Shown in pieces: positions 37,653-47,880 of a stretch of DNA of 64,000 bases. The notes below the pieces were generated by a model, which worked only from the letters and a program-made list of their open reading frames with translations, ran no database searches and was not told where the DNA came from. The translations under genes and the position numbers were made by a program. Numbering within the stretch: position 1 is the stretch's first letter; the number at the start of each line of letters is the position of its first letter. This DNA comes from Candidatus Spongiisociaceae bacterium (GTDB taxonomy: Bacteria; Actinomycetota; Acidimicrobiia; Spongiisociales; Spongiisociaceae), in assembly GCA_965219685.1 (NCBI GenBank), contig CBDCOH010000002.1, forward strand, positions 1,856,001 to 1,920,000, read 5' to 3'.

Positions 37653-38908
37653 GAGGATTCGAACCAGTGGTCGGCGGGTAGCGACAGGAACTCGTGCAAC
37701 GGCTCGCCCCCCGTCCCCACCACCAGAGTCCGGCGAGGCTGGAATCGGCGTTCGAACTCCGCTAGACCCGGTGGTGACACCGGTGCTCTCCCTGTCTTCA
37801 CCTCGATCCCTACCACTCGCGGTCCCCGTTGAAGGACGAAGTCCACTTCGTGATTCCGGTACCTCCAGTACTTGACCTGGGTCCCGGGTAACGCCGTGTT
37901 GAGCAGATGGGCTCCCACCGCGCTCTCGACCAGACGACCCCAGAAACTGCGGTCCGCCCGAGCCTCCTCGAAACCGTATCCGGAAGCGGCAGCCATCAGA
38001 GCGGTGTTGAGCACGTTCAGCTTGGGAGTAGAAGCCTTCGCTGAGATCGGACGCTCCACATGCTTCGACAGACCGGTCAGCAGACCCGCATCCGACAGCA
38101 GCTTGAGGTAGCGGGTGAGGGTCGTCGTGTTCCCGGCGTCGTGAAGCTGGCCCAGCATTTTGTTGTACGACAGCACCTGCCCCGAGTACAGGGCTCCCAT
38201 GTCGAAGAGACGCTTCAAGAGTGACGGCTTGTCGACTCTCGTCATCGACAGCACGTCCCGCTCGATGATGGGCTCGACCAGTGCATCCCTCACATAAGCG
38301 GTCCACCTTGGCTCGTCGCGAACCAAAGAAGCCGCACCCGGGTACCCCCCGAAGTAGACGTACTGGTCCAAGCTGAGGCCGAACGCCTCTGACATCTCGA
38401 GATAGGACCAGTGCGTAAAGCGAATCGGCTCGAAACGCCCCGCCAGGCTCTCGTTCAAGCCGGCCTGCATCAGCAACGGCGCCGAACCTAGAAGGACTAC
38501 ATGCAGCGGGCAGCCACTGGCTCGGTCCGCGTCCCAAAGCCCCTTGACCGAGTCCGACCAGCCATCCATCTTCTGTATCTCATCCAGGATCAGGACGTAC
38601 CCCGGGTCGGAGCGACCCGCCCGGCGGCGACACATCTCCCAGATATCCGCCAACCACCGCTCATCGCGAACCCCGGACATCAGCACAGAATCGCCCCCGC
38701 CGTCCACCGGGAGCCGGCCACTCACGGCCGGCGAGTCAGGCTCGTCCACCGCCACGTACAAGCCCAAGCGGTGGATCGACGAAAGCGCCTGCCGAGCCGC
38801 CACGGTCTTACCGGTCTGGCGCGGACCGAATATCGCGACCAGACGCACGGGCGGCTCGGACAACCGCTCGGCCATAGTCCTAACTTGCCTGCGGCGGAAG
38901 TCCCTCAT
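37649..38908 (-). CDS. AAA_14 + DUF4143 ATP-binding protein
   Basis: GPRQTGKT, LDEIQ, ESLAGR, GGYPG, GRLVES, EVDFV...GIEVK. Confidence 0.88.
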   Translation of the reverse strand: MRDFRRRQVRTMAERLSEPPVRLVAIFGPRQTGKTVAARQALSSIHRLGLYVAVDEPDSPAVSGRLPVDGGGDSVLMSGVRDERWLADIWEMCRRRAGRSDPGYVLILDEIQKMDGWSDSVKGLWDADRASGCPLHVVLLGSAPLLMQAGLNESLAGRFEPIRFTHWSYLEMSEAFGLSLDQYVYFGGYPGAASLVRDEPRWTAYVRDALVEPIIERDVLSMTRVDKPSLLKRLFDMGALYSGQVLSYNKMLGQLHDAGNTTTLTRYLKLLSDAGLLTGLSKHVERPISAKASTPKLNVLNTALMAAASGYGFEEARADRSFWGRLVESAVGAHLLNTALPGTQVKYWRYRNHEVDFVLQRGPRVVGIEVKTGRAPVSPPGLAEFERRFQPRRTLVVGTGGEPLHEFLSLPADHWFESS

Positions 38909-38914
38909 ACCAGA

Positions 38915-38963
38915 ATCTTAGCTGTCGCTGTACCTCTTGAGTAAATTTACTCAAGAGGTACAG
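38915..38963 (-). promoter_or_regulatory. Leaderless-type promoter with perfect 36-bp palindrome (candidate operator)
   Basis: CTGTACCTCTTGAGTAAA|TTTACTCAAGAGGTACAG at 38928-38963; TAAGAT (-10 like) ends 6 nt before the ATG at 38908. Confidence 0.65.
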
Positions 38964-39332
38964 TACAGACAGTCATCCCTAGACCTCACCCGTAGCCAGC
39001 GCATTACTTACGCCGGAACATTCTGAACGGAGTGGACCACCCGGCATCACAGGACAAGAATGCCCATCCGACACGGTAGCCCCAGGGTTCGATAACACGC
39101 CGCCACGTGGCCGCTCGTAGCAGTGGCGCTGGGATGAGATCAGAAGCGTCGATCGTCAGTGACGCTGTGCCGGCCCAGATGTTTCTCAGGTTGACCCGGT
39201 CAACACATCCTAGAGGCCCATCAGTTCCAGAGGCGCCTCATCCATCCGGTCCATCAGCCGATGCAGGGGTCTCATCGTCGCTCACACCGCGTGAACTGTG
39301 GAGTTGCCTCGTTCCGCCAACGATGTGGCGAG

Positions 39333-41564
39333 TCAGTCATTCTCGACGGTGGTGATGATTAGTTCACGGAGATCTTCGGGCTCGGGTTGGCTGAGGTCCT
39401 CGCAGACAACGCGGTGAATGTGTCCGGTGAAGGGGAAGGGTGGTTGGTAGTCGTCGCCCACCGGCGTCCCGTAGTCCCGACCGACGAGCAACCGGCCCAG
39501 TCGAAACTGTACGGCAAGACGGTTGTCCGGCAGGTCCGTGGCGCCCACGTCTCGACCATTCAATGCCAAGCTGATGGTGTGGTCGTTCGTATCCGAGTCC
39601 TCGAGGTGCACGAGCCTGAGCTTGTGTCTGCCTGCTGGGATCGGTTCGCCGGCCACGAGCCGTACTGGTGTGCCTCCTAGATTGAAGGTCGCGACTAGGC
39701 GGCCATCCACAAAGTAAAGAGCCCATCCATGGTCGGTGAAGTGGTCCATCAGTCCAAGCCGCTGGGTGCAGATGATCCCGGCGGCATCCCGATCTCCGGG
39801 TATTTCGATATCTGCAACGAGGCGGAAGCTGGACACGAGAGCAGAGGTGAGAATCGGTCCCCCGCCGGGTAGATAGACGTATCGACGCCGACCGACATGC
39901 GCGGGCGGCTCGATGGCCGCGGCATGGTTCGAGTCCCAGAAACCGTCCATGAGCGGTAGGACTTGGTTTCGGCCTGCTTCGTACCACCAGAGCTCAACGA
40001 GGCTACGCAACCGCCCGGGGTGCTTCTCCGCGACATCATTCGCTTCTGAGAAGTCCTCGTGCAGGTTGTACAGCGACCACCGATCAGAGTCGAAGTCGGC
40101 GCTGCCCTCCACGAGTTCACGCTCGGCCGCAAGCATGCTGCCGACATGGTTGGTCGTTGCTTTCCAGCCCTCGTGGTAGATCGCGCGGGACCCCAGCATC
40201 TCGAAGTACTGGGGAGTCCGTTCTATCCGGGCGTCCGCGTCACGGAACGTCAGCAGGAGGCTCTCTCCGTCGAGGGGCTGCTGAGCGACACCGTCGAGCA
40301 CGGCGGGACTGTCGGCTCCGGCCACTTCGAGAACGGTGGCCATCAGGTCGATGGCGTGACAGAACTGTTGGCGCACGTCGCCGTTGTTCTCGGCCGGGAT
40401 GCCTGCCGGCCACCTCACGATGAGGGGAGTTCGGACCCCGCCCAGCCAGCTGTATCGCTTCCATAGCCGGAATGGGGTGTTGCCGGCCCAGGCCCACCCC
40501 CAGGAGTAATCACTCGCTACGCCGATCCCTCCGAGGTCGTCGATATGACTCGCCATGGAGTCGATGTCGTCTTTGCTCGCTCGCTGCCCGTAACGGCGGA
40601 CCATGCCGTGGGGCCCTGCGTCGGCGCTGGCACCGTTGTCGGACAGGAACATCACAAGGGTGTTGTCCGTTACGCCCATTGCCCCGAGAAAGGCCATGAG
40701 GCGCCCTATCTGAGCGTCGGCGTGTGTGACGAAGCCGGCGTACACCTCCATCATGCGTGCGTAGAGTCGACGTTCCTTCAACGGCAGATCCTCCCACGGG
40801 GCCACCCAGGAGGGGCGCCCGGTGTCGGTCGTGCCGGGTGGGATGACGCCCAGCCTCTGCTGCCTCACGAACGTGCGGGAACGGGCAGCCTCCCACCCGT
40901 CGTCGAACCGTCCGCGGTAGGGCTCGATCCAGGTGTCCGACACTTGGTGAGGTGAGTGAGGAGCCGCAGTGGCAAAGTACAGGAAGAAAGGCTTGTCGGG
41001 TGCTGCCTGTTGCTGATCCTGCACCAGCCGGATTGCCTGGGACGCCAGGTCCTCGGTCAGGTGATAGCCCTCTTCGGGGGTCAGCGGCGGTTCGACGTAG
41101 CGGTTGTCGCATACAAGGTGTGGAGTCCACTGATCGGTCAACGCTCCGAGAAAGCCGTAATAGCGCTCGAAGCCGAGACCGAGGGGCCAACGATCGAACG
41201 GGCCTGCTTGATTACGCTCGAAGCGGGGCGTCAGGTGCCACTTACCCACCCCAAGAGTGCTATAGCCCGCGTCGCGCAGCAGCCTGGGAAGCGTTCCCGC
41301 CGACCTCGGTATCCGCCCGGTATAGCCGGCGAGTCCCATCGGGACCTCGGGACCGATCCCCATACCAACCGCATGGTGGTTGCGACCCGTCATGAGCGAG
41401 GCTCTTGTCGGTCCACATAGTGATGTGACGTGAAAACTGTTGTAACGGAGGCCCTCGTCAGCAAGCAGGTCGATGTTGGGAGTGGCGATCTCGGCGCCGT
41501 AACATCCGATCTGAGCGAAACCCAAGTCGTCAAGGACGATCATGACAACGTTCGGAGCATCCAT
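39333..41564 (-). CDS. Arylsulfatase (Cys-type formylglycine sulfatase)
   Basis: PNVVMIVLDDLG, CGPTRASLMTG (CxPxR), GKWHL, APHSPH, SDNG. Confidence 0.92.
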   Translation of the reverse strand: MDAPNVVMIVLDDLGFAQIGCYGAEIATPNIDLLADEGLRYNSFHVTSLCGPTRASLMTGRNHHAVGMGIGPEVPMGLAGYTGRIPRSAGTLPRLLRDAGYSTLGVGKWHLTPRFERNQAGPFDRWPLGLGFERYYGFLGALTDQWTPHLVCDNRYVEPPLTPEEGYHLTEDLASQAIRLVQDQQQAAPDKPFFLYFATAAPHSPHQVSDTWIEPYRGRFDDGWEAARSRTFVRQQRLGVIPPGTTDTGRPSWVAPWEDLPLKERRLYARMMEVYAGFVTHADAQIGRLMAFLGAMGVTDNTLVMFLSDNGASADAGPHGMVRRYGQRASKDDIDSMASHIDDLGGIGVASDYSWGWAWAGNTPFRLWKRYSWLGGVRTPLIVRWPAGIPAENNGDVRQQFCHAIDLMATVLEVAGADSPAVLDGVAQQPLDGESLLLTFRDADARIERTPQYFEMLGSRAIYHEGWKATTNHVGSMLAAERELVEGSADFDSDRWSLYNLHEDFSEANDVAEKHPGRLRSLVELWWYEAGRNQVLPLMDGFWDSNHAAAIEPPAHVGRRRYVYLPGGGPILTSALVSSFRLVADIEIPGDRDAAGIICTQRLGLMDHFTDHGWALYFVDGRLVATFNLGGTPVRLVAGEPIPAGRHKLRLVHLEDSDTNDHTISLALNGRDVGATDLPDNRLAVQFRLGRLLVGRDYGTPVGDDYQPPFPFTGHIHRVVCEDLSQPEPEDLRELIITTVEND

Positions 41565-41749
41565 GGGTTCCCTAACGATCGAAGTCTCCCACGAGACTCT
41601 TACCGCGCTTCGTACGGCGATAACCGGATCTGGTCAAGCTCACCTCCAGGATAGGTCCACGAAGGGCGCCGCCATACGACCGACGACCGACCCTCCGGCG
41701 TGCCGGGGGTGTTGACACGCCGAATCTCAGGTCGAAGCCCTATCTCAAC

Positions 41750-43177
41750 TCAGTCCGGGGGTCGGCGGTCCCACCACGGGTCGGCCTGCTCGAGTTGGGC
41801 GGAAAGGCGGAAAACGAGCGCCTCGTTGCCGAAGGAGGCCGCGATCTGGACCCCTACCGGGAGACCGTCGGGGGTCATGTGCATCGGGAGGCTGGCGGCG
41901 GGACATCCGCTGAGGTTGTAGAGGGGCGTGAAGGCGAGGTGCCCCCACATGCGCTCGATGTAGACCTCGACATCTTCGCCCATCATGTCCAGGGCGCCTA
42001 GCAGGAGCGGCGGGTCGGCCAGGGTCGGGCTGAGGATGATGTCGTAGTCCTCGAAGAAACTCGCCAAGCGTCGTCCGGTGCGGTGGATCATGAGCAGTGT
42101 GTTGACGTAATCCCGCGCCGACAGGCGCCTGCCCTGCTCGGCCACCATGCGGGTGACGTTCTCGAGATCGTCCGCCTGCTGTCGCCTGCCCAATGCGGCC
42201 AGCCGTGAATCGACATGGTTGGCGGTATGGGCCGCCATCACCGTGCGCATGGCGGTCCGGCACTCGGAGCCGGACACCGGCGGAACAGCCGGGACCACGG
42301 TATGCCCCAAATCGGTCATCACCCGCGCAGCCCGCTCGGCGGCCTGAACGCATTCCGGGTCGATCCGTTCGCCGTAGAGGCCCTCGGTCCACAGAGCGAT
42401 GCGGAGGCTTCCGGGGTCTCGACCCACTTCGGCCAGGAATCCGCCGTCCGGCGGGGGCGCTGCGTAGGGATCCCCAGGCTCGGGTCCGTGAGTCACGTCG
42501 AGCAGGACTGCACTGTCGCGTACGGTGCGGGAGAGTACGTGATAGGAGGACAAACCGCTCCAGCCTTCGCCCGCGTCGGGTCCGGCGGGTGTCCTGGCCC
42601 GGGTCGGCTTCAGGCCGTACAGCCCGCACATGGATGCCGGGCTGCGGATGGACCCGCCGCCGTCGGAACCCTGGGCGACCGGGACCATTCCCGCCGCCAC
42701 CGCGGCGGCCGCTCCCCCGCTCGACCCTCCGGCGCTCCGGGAAGCGTCCCACGGGTTGAGGGTCGGTCCGAGCAATACCGGCTCGGTGGTACCGCTGATC
42801 CCGAGTTCCGGGGTGTTGGTCTTGGCGAGAACCACCAGCCCGGCGTGGCGAAAGCGCTCGGTGATCGTGCTGTCATGCCCGGCGACGTTTGTCCGATAGA
42901 GGCGGGAGCCGTTGGTAGTCGGCGCGCCGGCGAACAGGCAATGCAGGTCCTTGAGCATGAACGGAACCCCGGAGACAGGGCCCCCGGGAAGCCCTCGGGC
43001 GATCGATTGCCTCGCCGCATCCTCCATTAGATGTATGACCGCGTTGATCTCCGGGTTCTTCGCGGCAACCCGCGCGAGCGCGGCGTCCAGCAACTCTTCA
43101 GGGGTGACCAGCCGGTCGCGGATCAGTCCGGCCAGACCCAGCGCGTCGTAGTCTTCGTACTCGTCGAACACGGCCAT
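41750..43177 (-). CDS. Amidase signature family protein
   Basis: Start MAVFDEY; [32 protein letters not shown]. Confidence 0.92.
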   Translation of the reverse strand: MAVFDEYEDYDALGLAGLIRDRLVTPEELLDAALARVAAKNPEINAVIHLMEDAARQSIARGLPGGPVSGVPFMLKDLHCLFAGAPTTNGSRLYRTNVAGHDSTITERFRHAGLVVLAKTNTPELGISGTTEPVLLGPTLNPWDASRSAGGSSGGAAAAVAAGMVPVAQGSDGGGSIRSPASMCGLYGLKPTRARTPAGPDAGEGWSGLSSYHVLSRTVRDSAVLLDVTHGPEPGDPYAAPPPDGGFLAEVGRDPGSLRIALWTEGLYGERIDPECVQAAERAARVMTDLGHTVVPAVPPVSGSECRTAMRTVMAAHTANHVDSRLAALGRRQQADDLENVTRMVAEQGRRLSARDYVNTLLMIHRTGRRLASFFEDYDIILSPTLADPPLLLGALDMMGEDVEVYIERMWGHLAFTPLYNLSGCPAASLPMHMTPDGLPVGVQIAASFGNEALVFRLSAQLEQADPWWDRRPPD

Positions 43178-43239
43178 TAGGGTTTCCCCATCGGTTGAGG
43201 ACCGATCCCAGCTTACCGGAGGTAGGGAGAGCGCTCTTG

Positions 43240-44013
43240 GTGGATTCCGGACAGTTCGAGATCCTACGGCCCGATCTCCGGGGCTCCACAGCACTGGTGG
43301 CCGGCGCCAGCCGTGGGATCGGCCGTTCCGCGGCTCTCGGCCTCGCCTCGGCAGGCGCCTCGGTGATCGGGCTTGCCCGCTCGGGCGACGCCCTCGAACA
43401 TCTCGGTAGGGAGATACGCGCATCCGGCGGCGAGTTCCTTCCGCTCGTCGCCGACATCGCCGACCTCACCTCCATGGGGGCGACCGTCGAGCGGGCCTGG
43501 AAGTGGAAGGACGGCTTGGACAACCTGGTTAACTCCGCGGGGGTGACGAACCGCTCTTCCCCCTTGGACATCAGCCCCGAGGAGTGGGATGAGTTGTTCG
43601 CGGTGAACCTCCGCGGTGCCTTCTTCCTCACAAGGGAGGTCGGTCGCCGCATGCTGGACGGCGACGGAGGCTCGATCGTCAGCATCGCTTCGCTGTCGGG
43701 GGTGGTGAGCGACGGCGCCCAGGTCGCCTACAGCGCCAGTAAGGCAGCGCTGATCCACATGAGCGCGGTGCTTGCCGACCAGTGGGCACCAAGAGTGCGT
43801 CTGAACTGCATCAGTCCGGCTTGGGTGGAAACCGACATGACCCGTGGCTTCCTGGCAAATCGTGACAACACATCCGCCATCCTGCAACGCACGCCCATGG
43901 GTCGGCTGGCGCAGCCCGATGAGATGGTCGGAGCCGTGCTGTTCCTTGTGTCGGAGATGAGCTCCTACATGACCGGGCAGAACCTGATTCTCGACGGAGG
44001 ATGGACAGCATGA
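43240..44013 (+). CDS. SDR family oxidoreductase
   Basis: GASRGIG, NSAG, YSASK, TPMGR; start uncertain (43195-43240), AGGGAG precedes 43237/43240. Confidence 0.85.
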   Translation: MDSGQFEILRPDLRGSTALVAGASRGIGRSAALGLASAGASVIGLARSGDALEHLGREIRASGGEFLPLVADIADLTSMGATVERAWKWKDGLDNLVNSAGVTNRSSPLDISPEEWDELFAVNLRGAFFLTREVGRRMLDGDGGSIVSIASLSGVVSDGAQVAYSASKAALIHMSAVLADQWAPRVRLNCISPAWVETDMTRGFLANRDNTSAILQRTPMGRLAQPDEMVGAVLFLVSEMSSYMTGQNLILDGGWTA

Positions 44014-44966
44014 CCCGTGCTCTGGTGGTTGATTGCCACATGCACATCCGGGGCGATGACTGGAACCCGGTGAACCTCCGCTCCGGGATGGATGCCTCGT
44101 GGGCCCGGCAGGTGCGGTGGTTCGACCCACCTCGCTCCGATCCCTCCTACCTGCATGCCAGCGTCGCTCAAGCAGCCGACGTGACCGGTGATAAGGCGGT
44201 GGCGCGTATGGACGAGGCCGGGGTGGACGCATCCGTGATGATGCCCATGGACCACGGCGTCGGCCTCGGCGAGGAAGGCGTCATACCCATAGCCGAGAAG
44301 AACCGGCTCTGCGCCCAAGCCACCAAACGACACCCCGGACGGCTCTACACCTTCTGCGGAGTAGACCCCCGACGACCCAACGCCCTCGAAATCCTCACCA
44401 CCGCCGTAGACCAATGGGGCGCCATCGGCCTCAAGCTCTACCCCACCAACGGCTTCTACCCCGACGACGAAAACGTGGTCTACCCCCTATACCGGTTCCT
44501 ACGCGAACGCGACCTACCCGTCCTACTACACCAAGGACACTCCGCAGGACGCCACAAATCCAAATACGGACACCCCATCTACGTAGACTCCGCCGCCGCC
44601 GACTTCCCCGACCTCCGCTTCATCATGGGCCACTCCGCCCGCTACGAAACCTGGGCACACGAAGCAATCTCGGTCGCCATCTACAAAACCAACGTGCACC
44701 TCGACATGAGCCTTTGGCAACACTGGATCTCCCCCGACGAACTCGTACGCAAGATCGTCTGGATGAGAGACCGCATCGGAGCCGACCGGATCCTGTTCGG
44801 ATCCGACATGGCCGGAATCGAAGTATCCCTCACCCTCGCGCAGTGGGTAGACCAGTTCCGCATGCTCCCAGAATGGGCCAAACAATTGGGCTACCGCATC
44901 CCCCAACACCAGATCGACCAGATACTCGGAGAAAACACCCGCCGCATCTACCGGCTAGACGATTAG
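44010..44966 (+). CDS. Amidohydrolase_2 family protein, copy 2
   Basis: ATGA overlap with SDR; identical to copy 1 from GDKAVARM to RLDD. Confidence 0.88.
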   Translation: MTRALVVDCHMHIRGDDWNPVNLRSGMDASWARQVRWFDPPRSDPSYLHASVAQAADVTGDKAVARMDEAGVDASVMMPMDHGVGLGEEGVIPIAEKNRLCAQATKRHPGRLYTFCGVDPRRPNALEILTTAVDQWGAIGLKLYPTNGFYPDDENVVYPLYRFLRERDLPVLLHQGHSAGRHKSKYGHPIYVDSAAADFPDLRFIMGHSARYETWAHEAISVAIYKTNVHLDMSLWQHWISPDELVRKIVWMRDRIGADRILFGSDMAGIEVSLTLAQWVDQFRMLPEWAKQLGYRIPQHQIDQILGENTRRIYRLDD

Positions 44967-45156
44967 TTGATAGTTGCTAGCATTAGGTCGAGTGGGTGTC
45001 CGGGGTCTCAGTTGTCCATCGGCAAGGGAGCCGGCCCAGAGGGGGTCACCGCTCGATAGCCCTCTCGCGCAGTGACGCCGGCGGCGTCTCCGGTCGGCGT
45101 TCCGCAACTCTCGTATACTTGCGCGCACACCTAGCGCCGCCCGGCACGGAGGCGTC

Positions 45157-45813
45157 ATGAATGAAGCACGGTTGACCCTTTCCGAAGTCATTCCACCTAA
45201 GGCCGCGACAGCATGGACTGCCGACGCGGGACAGACCATCCGCATCACCGACTTGGAAGGTGGCCAAGTAGGGGACCTGGTCCTGTTCGCCAGGGACGAT
45301 CTTCGCGATCGCGTCTCGATTTCATGGACCCGCACCAGGAATATCCGCACAGCGTCCACATACGAGCCTCCCCTCGGTCTCGCCCCCGGCAACGCCATTT
45401 GGTCCACGGGCTACCGCGTCCTTGCCACCGTCATCGAGGACACCTCACCGGTAAGGGGAGTACATGACCTCTACGGGAGGATGTGCAACCGGGGCATGTA
45501 CGAAATGTACGGTGTGGCCCCCCAGGACGGCTGCTACGAACTGCTTCAGGGTGTCCTGACGCCACATGGGGTGGCTCCATCCGAGATTCCGGACGCGATC
45601 GGGGTGTTCATGAACACCCAACCCGATCCGGAGACCAGGGTCATGCGCATACATCAGCCGGTCACACGACCTAACGACAGCATTTCCATCCGAGTCGAGA
45701 TGGACGTGCTCGCAGCCATGAGCACATGCCCGATGGATGTCCTCGCGCCTACCAACAGCTACAACATCACACCCATGAAGGTCGAAGTGCTCACAGGCGG
45801 CAACAGTTCTTAG
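45157..45813 (+). CDS. Urea carboxylase-associated family protein (DUF1989)
   Basis: GQTIRITDLEGGQVGDL, HDLYGRMC, GCYE, VFMN, STCP. Confidence 0.85.
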   Translation: MNEARLTLSEVIPPKAATAWTADAGQTIRITDLEGGQVGDLVLFARDDLRDRVSISWTRTRNIRTASTYEPPLGLAPGNAIWSTGYRVLATVIEDTSPVRGVHDLYGRMCNRGMYEMYGVAPQDGCYELLQGVLTPHGVAPSEIPDAIGVFMNTQPDPETRVMRIHQPVTRPNDSISIRVEMDVLAAMSTCPMDVLAPTNSYNITPMKVEVLTGGNSS

Positions 45814-45877
45814 GGAGGTCGAGCCGACGGAATGACGCTGACAGACCGCCGCGTCAGTTACCAGACTCCCGTGACAG

Positions 45878-46525
45878 TCAGCCCAAGGGCCACGATTCCT
45901 TGGTATAAGCCATGTCCCAGAACATATACTCGTAATTGACGCCGATCCGGAAACTCTCCAACATCTGACCTCGGCGCTCATCGGAGAGACCTTCCGAGTA
46001 TCTGTCCACGAAGTCCCGGTAGTCACGACAGAGCCTGTGATGATCCTCGCTCATGTAGAACTCCCACCAGTCAGCTTGGAAGTCCGTGAGTGGAGCCCCC
46101 TCGAGCTGGTACCCGATAGCGTCGTAACTCAGAGGACAGGGAAGGAACGATCCCAGGTACTCTACCGGATCGCGGGCGAACGCCAGATAGAAAAGATGCC
46201 GTGAATATGCGTGCAAGGTCGGAGCGACGGGGGCACCGAAAGTACCTCCCAGTTTCCTGAGCATGTCCTCCTGGTGGTAGTACTCGTCGAGGATGAGCTT
46301 GGTATTGCGAAGGAAGAAGTCCCTGATCTCGGCGTTCTGTGCCTTGGCGGCGACGATCGAGCGGCATCGCAACACTGCATCTATGTAGTGAACGTTCTGC
46401 TCGAAGTAGAACGCTAACTTGTCATTGCCCAGAGTCCCCGCCTTGAGTTCTTTCAGAAAGGGATGCTCATAGAGTTGGTCGAACAGTTGTGCCGTCTCCT
46501 CCATCATGTGTGCGGTCCAACTCAC
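45878..46525 (-). CDS. tenA: TenA/thiaminase II family protein (Cys-type; Asp44-equivalent is Asn)
   Basis: HPFL..L..GTL, FYFEQN, LPC, YEYMFWDMAY. Confidence 0.85.
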   Translation of the reverse strand: MSWTAHMMEETAQLFDQLYEHPFLKELKAGTLGNDKLAFYFEQNVHYIDAVLRCRSIVAAKAQNAEIRDFFLRNTKLILDEYYHQEDMLRKLGGTFGAPVAPTLHAYSRHLFYLAFARDPVEYLGSFLPCPLSYDAIGYQLEGAPLTDFQADWWEFYMSEDHHRLCRDYRDFVDRYSEGLSDERRGQMLESFRIGVNYEYMFWDMAYTKESWPLG

Positions 46526-47877
46526 GGCGCCCCCCTCGACAACCTGCCCTCGACCAAGCGTGCGACAGCATCTCGGGCGCGTTGGGCAACTTCCGTCTCG
46601 TCAACGGTCTTGATGACGCGGTCTTCCATCACGATGCGTCCATCCACGATGACCGTGCGAACCATCCTGCCATTCGTGGCGAAGACCAGTCGCGGCAGAA
46701 CGTTGGCTCTGTATGCGGGCAGTCGGGTGTCGTAGAACTCACTTTCGGCATCAACCAGGATGACGTCCGCCTTGCGACCGGGCTCGATCACTCCTGCCTC
46801 GACTCCCAGAGCTCGCGCCCCGTTCACCGTTGCCATTCGCAGGACCTGCTCCGCCGGCATCAACTTCGGGTCAGCGTGGAGGGCTCGCTGTAGGTACGCC
46901 CCGGTGCGCATCACCTCGAAGATGTCCATGGTGTTGTTACCTTCGGTGGCGTCATGGCCGAGTCCGACGTTGACGCCGGCATCGAGAAGCTCACGTGCAG
47001 GTGCGATTCCCTCGCCCAGTTTCGAGTTCGCGGCCGGATTGTGGGATACATGCGTTCCCGTCTCCGCAATCATGCCGATGTCCTCGTCCGTCAGCCACAC
47101 ACAGTGGGCTGCCACTGTCGACGGTCCGAGCAGACCGTGGTCGTGGGCAACCCGGACCGGCCGCGACCCGAACTCCTGCATGCAGGTCTCGACTTCTTGC
47201 TGGGACTCGCTGAGGTGGATGTGCAGGCCGGTGTCCAGATCGGCCGCCATGCTCGCGGCGTCCCGCAGTATGTCTGCCGTCGCCAAGGGGATCCATTCGA
47301 CCCCTACGGCAACCCGGACCCGGTCGTCGGGCTCCCCTGCACACGCATGGAACGCAGCGCGGTTGTCCTCGAGCACGTCCAACCCGTCCTCGGGTCGCGC
47401 TACCAGGCTGCTGAGAGTGGCGCGGATGCCGACTGTCCTCGCGGCCCGGGCCAGGGACTCGACGTGTCTGAACATGTCGTTGACCGAGGTCGTGCCCCCC
47501 CGGAGGGCGCGGACATAGCTGTAAAGGGCGCCAGCGTAGGCGGTGTCCGGGTCGAGGTTCCGCATCATCGGATACCAGTGCCCGAAGAGTGCCTCCTCGA
47601 CCTCGAGGGACTCCGAATAGCCTCCCCGTTCGATGGAGGTGTGGAAGTGGAGGTCCACCAGACCGGGCATGACGAACAAGCCCGAGGCGTCGATCGTGCG
47701 GGCTGCACCCACCTCCGGCGCTGATCCCTCGCCCGTGGATACGATCCGATCTCCGCGGATGACCACATGGCCGCCGTGATATATGTCGGCGTGTTCGTTC
47801 AGGGTCACGACGGTTCCGTTCCGCACCACGATCGTGCTGGGCGGCGTACCGGCAGCCGGGACGGCGTCATCCGTCAT
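46522..47877 (-). CDS. Metal-dependent amidohydrolase (deaminase-like), paralog of 21755..23104
   Basis: PGLVDLHFH, NDMFR, HIHLSE, AHCVW, SHNPAAN, GLGHD. Confidence 0.88.
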   Translation of the reverse strand: MTDDAVPAAGTPPSTIVVRNGTVVTLNEHADIYHGGHVVIRGDRIVSTGEGSAPEVGAARTIDASGLFVMPGLVDLHFHTSIERGGYSESLEVEEALFGHWYPMMRNLDPDTAYAGALYSYVRALRGGTTSVNDMFRHVESLARAARTVGIRATLSSLVARPEDGLDVLEDNRAAFHACAGEPDDRVRVAVGVEWIPLATADILRDAASMAADLDTGLHIHLSESQQEVETCMQEFGSRPVRVAHDHGLLGPSTVAAHCVWLTDEDIGMIAETGTHVSHNPAANSKLGEGIAPARELLDAGVNVGLGHDATEGNNTMDIFEVMRTGAYLQRALHADPKLMPAEQVLRMATVNGARALGVEAGVIEPGRKADVILVDAESEFYDTRLPAYRANVLPRLVFATNGRMVRTVIVDGRIVMEDRVIKTVDETEVAQRARDAVARLVEGRLSRGAP

Positions 47878-47880
47878 ATT

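Noticed and set aside
37653-38537. 295-aa N-terminal extension of the NACHT ORF in the ORF track
   Set aside because: It overlaps the AAA gene in another frame; the ATGA junction at 37649-37652 is the more plausible start.
19591-38955. Recurring TACTCAAG octamer (19591, 20832, 32839 reverse, and both arms of the 38928 palindrome) as a shared operator half-site
   Set aside because: The motif is short, one hit is intragenic, and I could not scan the window exhaustively to establish enrichment.
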